Shown piece after piece: positions 25,701-34,180 of a stretch of 39,947 bases of DNA (the stretch's first letter is position 1; each line of letters opens with the position of its first letter). Position numbers and translations under genes: made by a program. The notes beneath the pieces are model-generated. The model was not told the origin of the DNA. It did not search any database and saw nothing but the letters and a program-made list of their open reading frames with translations. This DNA is from a virus (Duplodnaviria > Caudoviricetes). The stretch covers positions 1-39,947 of the IMG/VR virus record IMGVR_UViG_3300016722_000138. One strand, given 5' to 3'.

Positions 25701-28122
25701 CATGTGTTTTTAGGAAACTAATCAGATCGGCGACTTGAAAGGCATAGCCACCGCTGTATTCTTCGTAATTGAGGTTCGTCTTGTAGAAAATCACCGAGTT
25801 TTCGCCTAGGTCTTTGAATGTGACGGAAAAGAGCTCGTCGCACTCATGGAACGCGGACCCCTGCTTTTCATATACGCTTGCATCGATTTTTGAATAGAAG
25901 AGTTTGTAGGTGACTTGGCCATCGGTCATCACTATCCCCTCGTTTCCTATTCCGAGGATCTTCGTGATTTTGGTAGAGAATGCCTTTTCGATGACGGAGA
26001 CATATTTTTCTTTTTCCAGGGACCGTTCGTAATTGATTGATATTGAGCTGAGATAATCGAACGATGATTCCACCATTGATCTTTCGGTGTATTTCATCGC
26101 TATCCTAATTAGGTTTTCTAGGCCTGCTTGATTGAAGAAAGATGAATAAAATTCATCATTGTTGATTTTTAGCAATCCGATGACTCTTGAGTAGCTTTCA
26201 ATCAGTCTTGTTAGCCTTCCTTGGTATGAATCTAGGTATAAAGAATAGAATTCTTCTCTTGTTTTCCCGGTCATCTTCGAATACGCCTTAGTGAAGGATG
26301 ATCCGATTAGGTCTTTTATTTCCTTATCGATTTCCTTCTCGTAATCGTATTTATTGGCTATTCTGTTATGAAATGTCGAAAAGGATGATCCGATGATTTT
26401 GAACCCTAGTTTTTTTGCTTGAAGCGCCCAGAAGAAGTCGCCTCTTCTCGCTAGTGTATTTCCTAGGTTTATCGAGATGTTTGGTATATCAAGCGCGTCT
26501 CTATTGAAGATTATGGTGTTCCCGCCACGGCTATTAGGCTCAAATTCGTGCATTCCCGTGCTGAACAAAGGGCGACTTGTTGCTTTGCCCGCGAAGACAT
26601 CATCAATGCTTATCGATTCATCGACCTTGGCCGGACACTCCAAATGGGTGTTGCCTGATTCAGTCAGATCGTAATAGTAATCGCTCTTCGAATAGATAGA
26701 ATCATCGAAATATTGATTTTTCGAGAGGCTTTTTTTGTATGTGTAATCAAGCAATGAACAACGTATTACAGATAAGGAAGGAAGAGGAGCGTCATTTGAA
26801 TAACTCCCGACCACCACATCGTATTTGCCTTTGTATCTGCCGATGACCTTATTGATGTCGATTAACTGTTTCTTTAGATTACCACCGATGAATCTGTATT
26901 CAAAAAACTCCATGTCGTCGTCGAGGATCCAAACGATGTCTCCGTCTATGCTTCCTTGTTTGGCGAATTGATGGATCATCGTCCTCGCCACCGCAATATC
27001 GCTGACTATCCCGCTTTCAAAAGAGCTTTTGCTTATGAACCCTCTAATTCTCTCGTCTTTTGCAAATTCAAAAATGTCATTCGTGGTTTTGAGATCGAAT
27101 GAAATTTTTGAAGATGATAAACATTCGCTGAGTTTTTTATATTCGTCGTCGCTTATATAATTTGCAAAGCAGATTATCTTTTTTCGGACGACATCTAGGT
27201 CATTTATCTCGGCTATTAATCTAATGGCCATTTCCTCGGAAGTCGTAACAAAAGCGAAAACTATGCGGTTATCAAAAGGCTCATAATGTGTGTCTTCTTT
27301 TGCGTATTCTGGCTTTCCCGCTGGAAGAATTGACCCGATTTCCGATTCTGTTATCGGAGCGTATCTTTTCGTTCTTTCAAAGAATTCCGCTTTCGTTTCA
27401 TCGTCCATGAGTCCGCCGTATTTGGCGTAGAACTGGGCAAGGCTCCTTCTTTTCCCTTCGGATGAGTTTGTTAGCCTTGGTCTGCTGTTTTGAGCGTCTA
27501 CGAAAACAAGGTGCTCGTTTACAACTGAGTAAGTAGGATTGAGCATGAGGACTCGAGTGAAGACATCCCTGTCTGTTGTTGACGAAAGGCTTTCATCGAA
27601 GCATCCCGCTTCCAATATAGTCGTTAGCCTAATGAAGGTGTTAGATCCTTGTATGTGCGGGTTGACGGCCAAGAAGCTGTCTTTTTTCAAAGTTTGAGGG
27701 ATCGAGATTGGGAATTCCTTTTCATCTGTTTTGTAATAAAGGCCACTGACGACAAAGTCGACACCATTCCTAGTGGCCTTGGCGCATTTCTCAAGATAAT
27801 CCTTATCCCATTTATCGTCGTCGTCGAGAAAAGCCAGATAAACATCGTCGATCCCTTTTTTGGATCCAATCAATCTGGTCTTAACGATATAGTCAATTGC
27901 CGTGTTTAGATTACCGGCATAGTTATGGGTGTATTTGTCATCAAGAAAAGTGAAACCGCATTTTATGGAAGACTTACGGTCGGCTTTCTTGGTTTCTTCG
28001 ATTGAATCAGAAACTACCACAACCTCATCCGGCTTCTTCGTTTGAAGGCAAACCGATCGGAGCGCTTCGTTTAATAATTCATTTCTATTTTTTGTAGCGA
28101 TGACTACAATGAGTTCTTTCAT
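22723..28122 (-). CDS. 1799-aa multidomain protein: GT2, GT-A-like, kinase-like, class I SAM methyltransferase, GT-A-like, GT2, SLOG (LOG/TIGR00725-like)
   Basis: FLDDDD (~aa 97), WILDDD (~398), LGIGNEG..YK / TNIKRTN / IDYG (~720-830), LDYGAG (~915), QTDSD (~1220), FDDASDD / VDNDD (~1407-1465), IAVIG / TGGLGGVMEA / GGGAGTLSEI (1611-end). Confidence 0.8.
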   Translation of the reverse strand: MKELIVVIATKNRNELLNEALRSVCLQTKKPDEVVVVSDSIEETKKADRKSSIKCGFTFLDDKYTHNYAGNLNTAIDYIVKTRLIGSKKGIDDVYLAFLDDDDKWDKDYLEKCAKATRNGVDFVVSGLYYKTDEKEFPISIPQTLKKDSFLAVNPHIQGSNTFIRLTTILEAGCFDESLSSTTDRDVFTRVLMLNPTYSVVNEHLVFVDAQNSRPRLTNSSEGKRRSLAQFYAKYGGLMDDETKAEFFERTKRYAPITESEIGSILPAGKPEYAKEDTHYEPFDNRIVFAFVTTSEEMAIRLIAEINDLDVVRKKIICFANYISDDEYKKLSECLSSSKISFDLKTTNDIFEFAKDERIRGFISKSSFESGIVSDIAVARTMIHQFAKQGSIDGDIVWILDDDMEFFEYRFIGGNLKKQLIDINKVIGRYKGKYDVVVGSYSNDAPLPSLSVIRCSLLDYTYKKSLSKNQYFDDSIYSKSDYYYDLTESGNTHLECPAKVDESISIDDVFAGKATSRPLFSTGMHEFEPNSRGGNTIIFNRDALDIPNISINLGNTLARRGDFFWALQAKKLGFKIIGSSFSTFHNRIANKYDYEKEIDKEIKDLIGSSFTKAYSKMTGKTREEFYSLYLDSYQGRLTRLIESYSRVIGLLKINNDEFYSSFFNQAGLENLIRIAMKYTERSMVESSFDYLSSISINYERSLEKEKYVSVIEKAFSTKITKILGIGNEGIVMTDGQVTYKLFYSKIDASVYEKQGSAFHECDELFSVTFKDLGENSVIFYKTNLNYEEYSGGYAFQVADLISFLKTHGLVLTNIKRTNFLLFDKELKYIDYGKNIEAFDEEKYQRSIERTYQMLRYPELSMAEYKEMISKSYLGQSKEIDFGMEAFEKLLERRYKEQVHDPVIYNIIEDTKPKDFLDYGAGKCKIANRICNAIDSYVYDVDLKTIENRADKSVHIVKDIEKLDRKFDLVNCNKVLCCTDEKWNRYIASRISGLVRDSGIVVFSICDPFFDDIQKTETRRSGYDSNYSSNSVYYKKDIYGQRKEYHRPFAYYERLLSECGFEIIRTCEDSGINIDTLHFIGEHLFFVCKKKAKPLLEDCSLLIKANYMEHSSIYENVVHIVNQLEKNSSFAERIVVVDEGKQNRNRRYDEDDKDAFDRAINKLKEQGYIDRIIYSSSKEKERLYSKFFKATATDSYSRKSQQILATLVGFDSIKTRYLFQTDSDIIYFNKSNDGMALALQEMKDRSALTLSLSIATKNAGEITTGGRVEVRSCFLDLKKLDSVIPLDNPVVNGTYDLPWHRALDSSLKETDSIRLVSNKLFFIHPENETKKIPNFLSKVRYFIENDLQIPSKQYGNVNLSGTESEWSEKLNGDMIIFVRGRNASPEKLRRLFDSFKRQTYQDFDIAYFDDASDDLSKEYAKCLFKHDPYFKGKVHAVFNETRVGSLSNLEFFYKRMSVNPETIIVNVDNDDCLLSDEALSTIKSHFDEGADVTVGGCFRADKPLRRYEVVGFKKSWERNGDNIWLHPKCFRRYMCNWIQEDLKLDGKYVDIATDYAMMLPIVEHATNPIAIHDLIYYFDPSPDNSNKTNKYGNNNSYNMRKRLLKRTEENDMKKTIAVIGDSNIPKDSEEYQLAYELGKALVDNGYKVQTGGLGGVMEASMKGAKDSSKYSKGDTIAIIPSNNEKEVNDYADVVIPTGLDILRNGKVVDADAVISIGGGAGTLSEIAMAWQLFKLIVSFTNFGGWSEKLAGMPIDERERYLGNKNDVVMGVSTIEEAIKVIKENIDKYNRKHTKIVWRKK

Positions 28123-28140
28123 GAGACTCCTCCTAACAAA

Positions 28141-28303
28141 AAGTGGCCTATGGAAGTTTGCTTTCCCACCGGGCCACTTATTAAATTAAAAAGAGCCGAT
28201 GAGAAGTAACCTGTCATGGCGACTAATTTGATGTTGTTGTTAACATCTAATAGTCTTTAACTTCATCTGAATTAATTATATTACAACTTGTCTTTTTTTG
28301 CTA
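28141..28303 (-). promoter_or_regulatory. Promoter and two-hairpin leader of the glycosyltransferase cassette
   Basis: TAGCAA-17-TATAAT (28303-28275); hairpins at 28194-28224 and 28141-28179, each followed by a U-run. Confidence 0.5.
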
Positions 28304-28307
28304 TGTT

Positions 28308-28399
28308 TGAAAACGCAGAGTATAGCAACCCTGCGTATTCTTTATTGATTTATCAGCATTGCTTCGTATCTATCAAACGGAAGTAACACCAATTATTTC
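28308..28399 (-). repeat. 92-bp cassette-end element, copy B (contains terminator hairpin)
   Basis: Direct repeat of 21854-21945 with a compensatory G-C to A-T change in the hairpin stem. Confidence 0.85.
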
Positions 28400-28448
28400 T
28401 CTTCATCAGCATCTAATAGTTTGAAGTAGAAAACCAAGATTTAACAAA

Positions 28449-29984
28449 TCAAACCAAGTAAGTTGAGAAAATGCGGTTTAGTTCATCAATTGTCGTTTTA
28501 TCGCAATTACCATTCTTCAAAATCTTCAAATAGATATCTTCAATTTTCGAAGCGTCGGTTTCCGATAGTATTTCGAGATTTAATATACACGCCTTGTTAA
28601 TGTCGTTTGGCTCAAATTTTGAAAGTCCACCACCATAAACACGCTTATTCATGTAGAGTATTTGTTGTCCTATTGGCGTAAGCAAATAGCAGAATAAAAT
28701 ATTAGTATATTTTTCTTTTCCTTTATTCAAAAATAACGAATGAAAAGTTGTTAAATTTTTAATGTTCGCTACATTCCTTATCACTTTTAGTTTTTCACGA
28801 CTGAAGACATTAATCCAGATTGGCGATGGCTCCTTTGGCTCGGACGAATACCAAGGATTACGATGGCTAGTGAGATACTTTTTATCAACACCCCTCTGCA
28901 CTCCAAGAGCAACGTATTTTTTGTTTGCTTCGTCTTCATGCAAAGACCCGTCGAAAAGATAACAACGTTTCCCGGCTTTAATCAATTGTGAAATTGTAGT
29001 TTCGGAGCAAATGCACTTCTTATAATCGTTTGATTTTGTTGCGCATAAATAAATCGAGCGTTTATCAAGCTCATAGCGAGTTCTTTCTTCTTCATTTAAA
29101 ACAAAATAGTCATTGTCGCCAGTTGCTATCCCCCTCTTTGCTGAAGCAAACTTTGAAAATTGAATAGTATTTTTAAACTGTTTTTGGACTGTTGGGTCGA
29201 GATATTTTGACCACTTAATGTTTGGGTCAAGATCTGAATAAGGAACTGTAATCTTTCCGGCTAAGTTGTTGTCCCCATCAACATCTATAGATTCAAACTC
29301 CTCTTTGGAAGAAACGTTGTAAAAATCTGTTCCCTTCAAATTAGATTTTTCTAAAAATATCAAACATGAAGTTGTAAGAACATCGTCGAAAACGTCAGAT
29401 TCATTATTAAACGAGATTATGGCTTTGAGACACTTCAGCCTAATCAGATAATCTTTTATATAAGTTCCATATCCAGAATTAAGAAACTCTGAAGGAATAA
29501 TGAATACAAGCCTTCCCTTATCCTTCAGCAAATAGGTAGCCTTCAATAGGAAAAGACTGTATTGGTTTGTGTATCCACTAATTTGAAAGTTTAGGTTGTA
29601 CCTAAATTCGTTGAATACGTCAGCCCTGTTATCCAGCGTTTGAAAACGATTATATGGAGGGTTGCAAATAATAGCATCGTATCTCTCATTCCATTTTCCG
29701 ATCAAAAAGTCGCTGATCTCGATGTCATAATCCATATCGACACGTTTCTTGAAGAAAGCGATAATGCCATCGTCTATGTCATATCCTTTTCTTTTTACGT
29801 CTTTTAATCCTTTTAAGAAAATGCCATTTCCAACAGCTGGATCTAATATAGTTTTTGGGCCATTTTTAATTACCCAGTTTCTCATAAAATCGGCCACGTA
29901 TTCTTTGGTGAAGTACTGGCCTAATTTTTTGACTTTTTCTGGACTAGCAAACGAATAATACTCTGTAGCTTCTTTTTTTGTCAT
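28449..29984 (-). CDS. Type II N6-adenine DNA methyltransferase (gamma class, M.AccI-like)
   Basis: GQYFT, LDPAVGNG.F, NPPY and RGIATG.N.YF motifs. Confidence 0.9.
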   Translation of the reverse strand: MTKKEATEYYSFASPEKVKKLGQYFTKEYVADFMRNWVIKNGPKTILDPAVGNGIFLKGLKDVKRKGYDIDDGIIAFFKKRVDMDYDIEISDFLIGKWNERYDAIICNPPYNRFQTLDNRADVFNEFRYNLNFQISGYTNQYSLFLLKATYLLKDKGRLVFIIPSEFLNSGYGTYIKDYLIRLKCLKAIISFNNESDVFDDVLTTSCLIFLEKSNLKGTDFYNVSSKEEFESIDVDGDNNLAGKITVPYSDLDPNIKWSKYLDPTVQKQFKNTIQFSKFASAKRGIATGDNDYFVLNEEERTRYELDKRSIYLCATKSNDYKKCICSETTISQLIKAGKRCYLFDGSLHEDEANKKYVALGVQRGVDKKYLTSHRNPWYSSEPKEPSPIWINVFSREKLKVIRNVANIKNLTTFHSLFLNKGKEKYTNILFCYLLTPIGQQILYMNKRVYGGGLSKFEPNDINKACILNLEILSETDASKIEDIYLKILKNGNCDKTTIDELNRIFSTYLV

Positions 29985-31084
29985 ATTAGTTTTTGATTAA
30001 TGAGTTGATTTAGGTTAGATCCAAGAACATCGGCTTTGCTGTATTCAAAGTTCACATAGAACAGTAATCGGCCCCTATCTCCAACCTCTTTTGACTGGCT
30101 AGAGTGCTTTGGCATAATTACGTTGTCTAGAACTTGGGTGCAAAGTCTTGAGTTAATTTTTATAGTAGTTTTGTTTTGGTTTTTGGCATCTCCACTCTCA
30201 ACGAAATAATCCACTCCTTGCTTAGATTTATCGCTCACAAGACGAAGAATATCAAGGAAACCTATTCCAAAAGCGGAATCAAAGAAGACTTGAACGTAGA
30301 AATGAGGGACTCCATACCTCAAAATCCAGTTGTAAACAACTTTTAAATCTTCTACTTTTGGAGTAATACTCAAAAAATCACGTTTTTTGAGATTTTGCAA
30401 AAAACTATTAAGCGTCTTCAATTGTTTCGATAGTTCAATTTCATCAGGAGATTTTTTCCAACTAGGGGATCTGAACGATGTCTGATGAATATTAGAATCG
30501 TCCATAAGACTAATTATTTGATAAATTGATGACGATTTTTCTGACAGAAGAGTGCCATGCTTTGACAAAATCAGTTGTTTCATTGCCAAAGCTTTTTCTT
30601 TTGAATCGTCAAACACTTTTTTGGAATGATCATTATATTTTTTATCCAAAAAAGAGCTGGACCTTACTTCAATGCCACAAACAGCAAGGGGAACTATTTT
30701 ATCAAGCTCGTCAGCATTCATATCGCTGATATTCAAGCCCCATTCTTTTTTATAATCTTTCTTATGGAAAATTAGAAGATCTGGCTTTTTGCCAATCGTG
30801 TCAAGCTCATCTTGGTATTTTTCATAGAACTCATTAAATCCAGGATCTCCGGCAACAAGCTCAATATCCAGACCATACTTCACAGAAATATAATCTTTTG
30901 ATGCATTATTAAACGCATGCATAAGGGTCTTTTCGGCCCAGTCCCCTTGTTGCTTATTAGTGATAAACTCAGATGAAGCCTGAGTTGGAGGGGTTCCGCG
31001 TTCTCTCTTGATGCCGATATCCACAATGTTTTTATCTATTTGAGTCATTGCGGTTGTAACATCTGATATGTACTGATTATTCAT
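29981..31084 (-). CDS. AccI-family restriction endonuclease
   Basis: PTQASSEFITNKQQGDWAE, GK.PDLL, IEVRSS and LSITPKVED motifs, recalled as characteristic of the AccI family; adjacent to a cognate-type MTase. Confidence 0.8.
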   Translation of the reverse strand: MNNQYISDVTTAMTQIDKNIVDIGIKRERGTPPTQASSEFITNKQQGDWAEKTLMHAFNNASKDYISVKYGLDIELVAGDPGFNEFYEKYQDELDTIGKKPDLLIFHKKDYKKEWGLNISDMNADELDKIVPLAVCGIEVRSSSFLDKKYNDHSKKVFDDSKEKALAMKQLILSKHGTLLSEKSSSIYQIISLMDDSNIHQTSFRSPSWKKSPDEIELSKQLKTLNSFLQNLKKRDFLSITPKVEDLKVVYNWILRYGVPHFYVQVFFDSAFGIGFLDILRLVSDKSKQGVDYFVESGDAKNQNKTTIKINSRLCTQVLDNVIMPKHSSQSKEVGDRGRLLFYVNFEYSKADVLGSNLNQLINQKLI

Positions 31085-31742
31085 TGTTCAGTCCTGCCTT
31101 TCTTTTTTCTATTGCTCGGTTAACTTCGACATTAAGTATCTCTAAAAATTCTTCATTTGTTCTTGGAACGCACAATGAGAGATTCTTGTAATCTGCTGAT
31201 TGAAGATTGCCATTGTTGCTGGGATTAACATATACGTCAGGTATCCAAGAGACAGGAACAACCGTAGCTTTGCAGATTCGTATCGTCATATCGTCTCGAA
31301 AATCGATTACAAAAGTAGCTACATAAAGATTTGAATCAGGATAAGCCTTATAAAACTCAAGAAGCCCTTTTGCCTTTGAAATATCGTCTTTATTTCTTCT
31401 CCCGTTTAGAACAGAAGATTTGATATTTACATAAGCAATTTTACCGGTAGGATATAAAAACTCAAAGTCGTAAACGCCGACCTCACTATCAGCCGAGCTA
31501 ACGCTAGTAAAACCTAACTCCTTTGATCTTAGTTCCAAATTTTGAGAAATAATCTCCTCCAAAATCCTCCAAACAGTTCTACCTTTTGCCGATTTTCGCC
31601 AACCAAATGGCATAATTTTTGGAGAAGCAATTGGTATATCTCCTATTGACGAAATAAGAGTCGTTAAACAATTTTCCAAATGCTTCCTTTCAGTATCTAT
31701 TTCGTGGATGGTCTCTAATCTTTTTGTTTCATTTATAATCAT
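31077..31742 (-). CDS. Putative second restriction-endonuclease-like (PD-(D/E)xK fold) protein
   Basis: LEE...YDF...YVNIKS pattern and NPSNNGNLQ; first gene of the RM operon. Confidence 0.45.
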   Translation of the reverse strand: MIINETKRLETIHEIDTERKHLENCLTTLISSIGDIPIASPKIMPFGWRKSAKGRTVWRILEEIISQNLELRSKELGFTSVSSADSEVGVYDFEFLYPTGKIAYVNIKSSVLNGRRNKDDISKAKGLLEFYKAYPDSNLYVATFVIDFRDDMTIRICKATVVPVSWIPDVYVNPSNNGNLQSADYKNLSLCVPRTNEEFLEILNVEVNRAIEKRKAGLNNE

Positions 31743-31748
31743 ATTATA

Positions 31749-31777
31749 ATTTTATCACTATAGAGAAAAATTCACAA
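31749..31777 (-). promoter_or_regulatory. Sigma-A promoter of the RM operon (probably leaderless mRNA)
   Basis: TTGTGA-17-TAAAAT with an extended TG; the ATG follows 6 nt after the -10 box and there is no SD. Confidence 0.55.
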
Positions 31778-31807
31778 TGAAAGTATAGTTAAATGCTTGA
31801 CTTTTGG

Positions 31808-32239
31808 CTATTTTTGAGTTTCCCATTTTTTCTCGATATTCGCCAGATACTGGCTCACGCATTGCTGGGAGATGCAGAGCTCGAAGGCGGTGTCCTGCTG
31901 GGTGAGGCACCGGAAATAGATCTTCTTGAAGACCTGCAGTTCCTTGTCGGTCAGTTTGCCCATAAACCTATGAAGCAAAGCCTCCTCCTCATTGATCGCC
32001 CTGATCTGGGCGTGGAGCTCGTCCTCCCTGTCCAAAAGGGCGCAGAGCTTATTCTCATGGACCGTGGATGGGCTCCCTACCCTGTCGTAGACCGGGCCCG
32101 GCACCGAGAACATCTGGACGTAAACCCAGTCGAGCTTCTCGTTAATGATCTTCAGTCGGCGCCTGTTTCCCCTAATCCCCTCCATGAACGTGGCCAAGGA
32201 CGTCGTTCCATCCCTTGAAGAAGTCTTGCATTCTTTCAT
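31808..32239 (-). CDS. Sigma-70 region 4/ArpU-RinA-like late transcriptional activator
   Basis: L.DKE..VF...YF..LTQ...A.EL.ISQ..VS HTH; last early gene. Confidence 0.7.
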   Translation of the reverse strand: MKECKTSSRDGTTSLATFMEGIRGNRRRLKIINEKLDWVYVQMFSVPGPVYDRVGSPSTVHENKLCALLDREDELHAQIRAINEEEALLHRFMGKLTDKELQVFKKIYFRCLTQQDTAFELCISQQCVSQYLANIEKKWETQK

Positions 32240-33107
32240 CGTATCCCTCCATCTTGCTTAGGTTGTCCGTGAAGGCTCGCTCAAAGAAGGCGTAGATGTC
32301 CGCTATCTTCTCGCGGTTCCTTTTCACGTAGTCTCTGGTGTAGCGGAAGCACCTATTAAACAATTCCTTGTCGTCGTTGTCCGCATAGGACGAGTCAAAG
32401 AGGTCGTTGAACCTGTCGATGTCCAACGGCTCGTAGATCGAGACTATCCCCGCCTCCACCAAACAGGAGGTGTAATAGTTCAGCTTGCCGGGCCACTGGC
32501 CTTTATCGCCTTTATCAGCTCTATCATCTCTATCTTTCGGATTGTCCTTCTTGTTGTGATTCTTGTTGTCATTGTTATTGTTATTCTTATTCTGTCGATT
32601 ATCGTCGCCATTCTGCTGACATAAATCGGGTTCAGCGCCATTTTTGTATACAGAAATGCCGTCCGAACCGCTTTTATGCTTGCAATTAAGGCGTTTATCC
32701 ACTTTGGCCTCATCCTCGTCGTTGAGGAGCCAGTAGACCCTTTGGCGGTCTTTCCTTCTCAGAGTCGAGGCGTAGTACTGCTCCTGGATCGCCTTGGAAG
32801 TGATGACTTCCTTTCCCATCATCTCCTTGTCGAGCAGGCCGATGTCGGCCATGAGATAGACGATTTCCATCACCTCTTTTATCGTCAGTGTGTGCTTCCC
32901 GTGGAGGCTAACAAAAACCTTCTTGGCGAAGCGCTCAGGCGTCGTCTTGATGAAATATCCCTCGTGATAGATTATCGCCAGGGAATGGATGAACACCACC
33001 TCCGAGACGAGCTTCTTCTCGAAGGTCAGGTCCACCACTTTGTCGTTGTCGAAATACTCGACGTCCAGCGGAAAGAAGGAGAGCCCTTCCTTTAGCATTC
33101 TGCCCAT
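32172..33107 (-). CDS. Phage replication initiator (DUF4373/Lin1244-like N-terminus)
   Basis: GL.FFPLDV..F.., IY..GYF and ITSK.IQ.QY motifs; low-complexity linker; helical C-terminus. Confidence 0.75.
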   Translation of the reverse strand: MGRMLKEGLSFFPLDVEYFDNDKVVDLTFEKKLVSEVVFIHSLAIIYHEGYFIKTTPERFAKKVFVSLHGKHTLTIKEVMEIVYLMADIGLLDKEMMGKEVITSKAIQEQYYASTLRRKDRQRVYWLLNDEDEAKVDKRLNCKHKSGSDGISVYKNGAEPDLCQQNGDDNRQNKNNNNNDNKNHNKKDNPKDRDDRADKGDKGQWPGKLNYYTSCLVEAGIVSIYEPLDIDRFNDLFDSSYADNDDKELFNRCFRYTRDYVKRNREKIADIYAFFERAFTDNLSKMEGYDERMQDFFKGWNDVLGHVHGGD

Positions 33108-33219
33108 GAAATCACCTCCTATTTTTGTTGTGTCTCAAATAGCGGAAAAAAGCAGTAATTGGCAGATTTTCCCTGTAAAACCTGCTTCTTTCGTATCGTT
33201 TAAACGGAAATCACTAGCA

Positions 33220-33420
33220 TTATTTCCCATTGGAAATGACCGGGTTTGCCGACACGTATTCGTCCAGCATCTCCTGAGTGATTCGATAGGTCATCTTGCC
33301 TATCTTGAAAGCCTTTAGCTTGCCCGATCTGATGAGGTCGGCGACCCTTCTTCTGGGAACGTCCCAAAGCTCGGCGAGCTCATCGACGGAGTAGACTTTC
33401 TTGTTCTCTTCATTTTCCAC
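33220..33420 (-). CDS. Excisionase-like MerR/HTH_17 DNA-binding protein
   Basis: YSVDELAE.W.V....V..LIRSGKLKAFKIG..YRI motif. Confidence 0.85.
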   Translation of the reverse strand: MENEENKKVYSVDELAELWDVPRRRVADLIRSGKLKAFKIGKMTYRITQEMLDEYVSANPVISNGK

Positions 33421-34180
33421 TTTTGACCCCTCCGAACTTATCTAAAAGCTTTCTGATTTGATTGATCCCAACCTTGTAGCAAAACACCCTTTTATGGGTT
33501 ACCGTGCCGGCGGTCTTGTCCTGATAGGAATGGGTGTCGATCCTGAACCAACCTTTGTCGACGTACTCCTGAAGAGGGACGTTCTCGTTGTCGATGACGT
33601 CATTATTGCGTAGGACCGACAAGACCTCGCTAATGCCTATGCCATGGATCCCTAAGATTTCCGGCACATCGTATAGGTCTTTGAGGACGTAGGAATCGAG
33701 GGCGCGTTTGACGTAGTCCCTGGCCTCCTTGTTCTCGGCTTGGCTTTTCTCTAAGATGGCTATTTTCGTTTGGAACTCACTGTAGGTGGTCAGAAACGCC
33801 ACCGCCGTCTCATTGCTTTTAGTGATCGCTTGGACATCGTACTTCCCGTATCGTCTGATAGTCGGAAGTATATCCTCGGTCACCCAGTCCATGAACGCTT
33901 GAGCCTCTTCTTTCCTTGATTGGAATATCAGCCTATAAAGATTGCCTTCCGTGACAAACAGAAAGTTATTGAACTTCTTTCCGTCGGTCTGACAGATACG
34001 GACGACGCCGGTTGCCTTCAGCCTTTTCTTGACGTCGGATGGATTCTTAATATCTAGGATATTGCAGGCATCTTTCAAGCAGAACACAGGTCTAGAGAGT
34101 TCATCGATGGCCGTTCTTAGTGAGCCAAGGCTCTCTTTTTCAAATTCAGTGATTTGATTCGTCTTTTCTTCTTTTTCCAT
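33410..34180 (-). CDS. BRO-N/KilAC phage antirepressor
   Basis: P.FCLKD.C.IL, E..LYRLIFQSRK.EA..F.DWV...LP.IR..G.Y; C-terminal P.Q.YV.KGWF. Confidence 0.9.
   Translation of the reverse strand: MEKEEKTNQITEFEKESLGSLRTAIDELSRPVFCLKDACNILDIKNPSDVKKRLKATGVVRICQTDGKKFNNFLFVTEGNLYRLIFQSRKEEAQAFMDWVTEDILPTIRRYGKYDVQAITKSNETAVAFLTTYSEFQTKIAILEKSQAENKEARDYVKRALDSYVLKDLYDVPEILGIHGIGISEVLSVLRNNDVIDNENVPLQEYVDKGWFRIDTHSYQDKTAGTVTHKRVFCYKVGINQIRKLLDKFGGVKSGK

Noticed and set aside
28347-28364. Variable centre of element B (AAGCAATGCTG on the - strand) matches 21100-21110 (AAGCAATGATG) at 10/11
   Set aside because: Too short to exceed chance in 40 kb, and no equivalent target was seen for element A.
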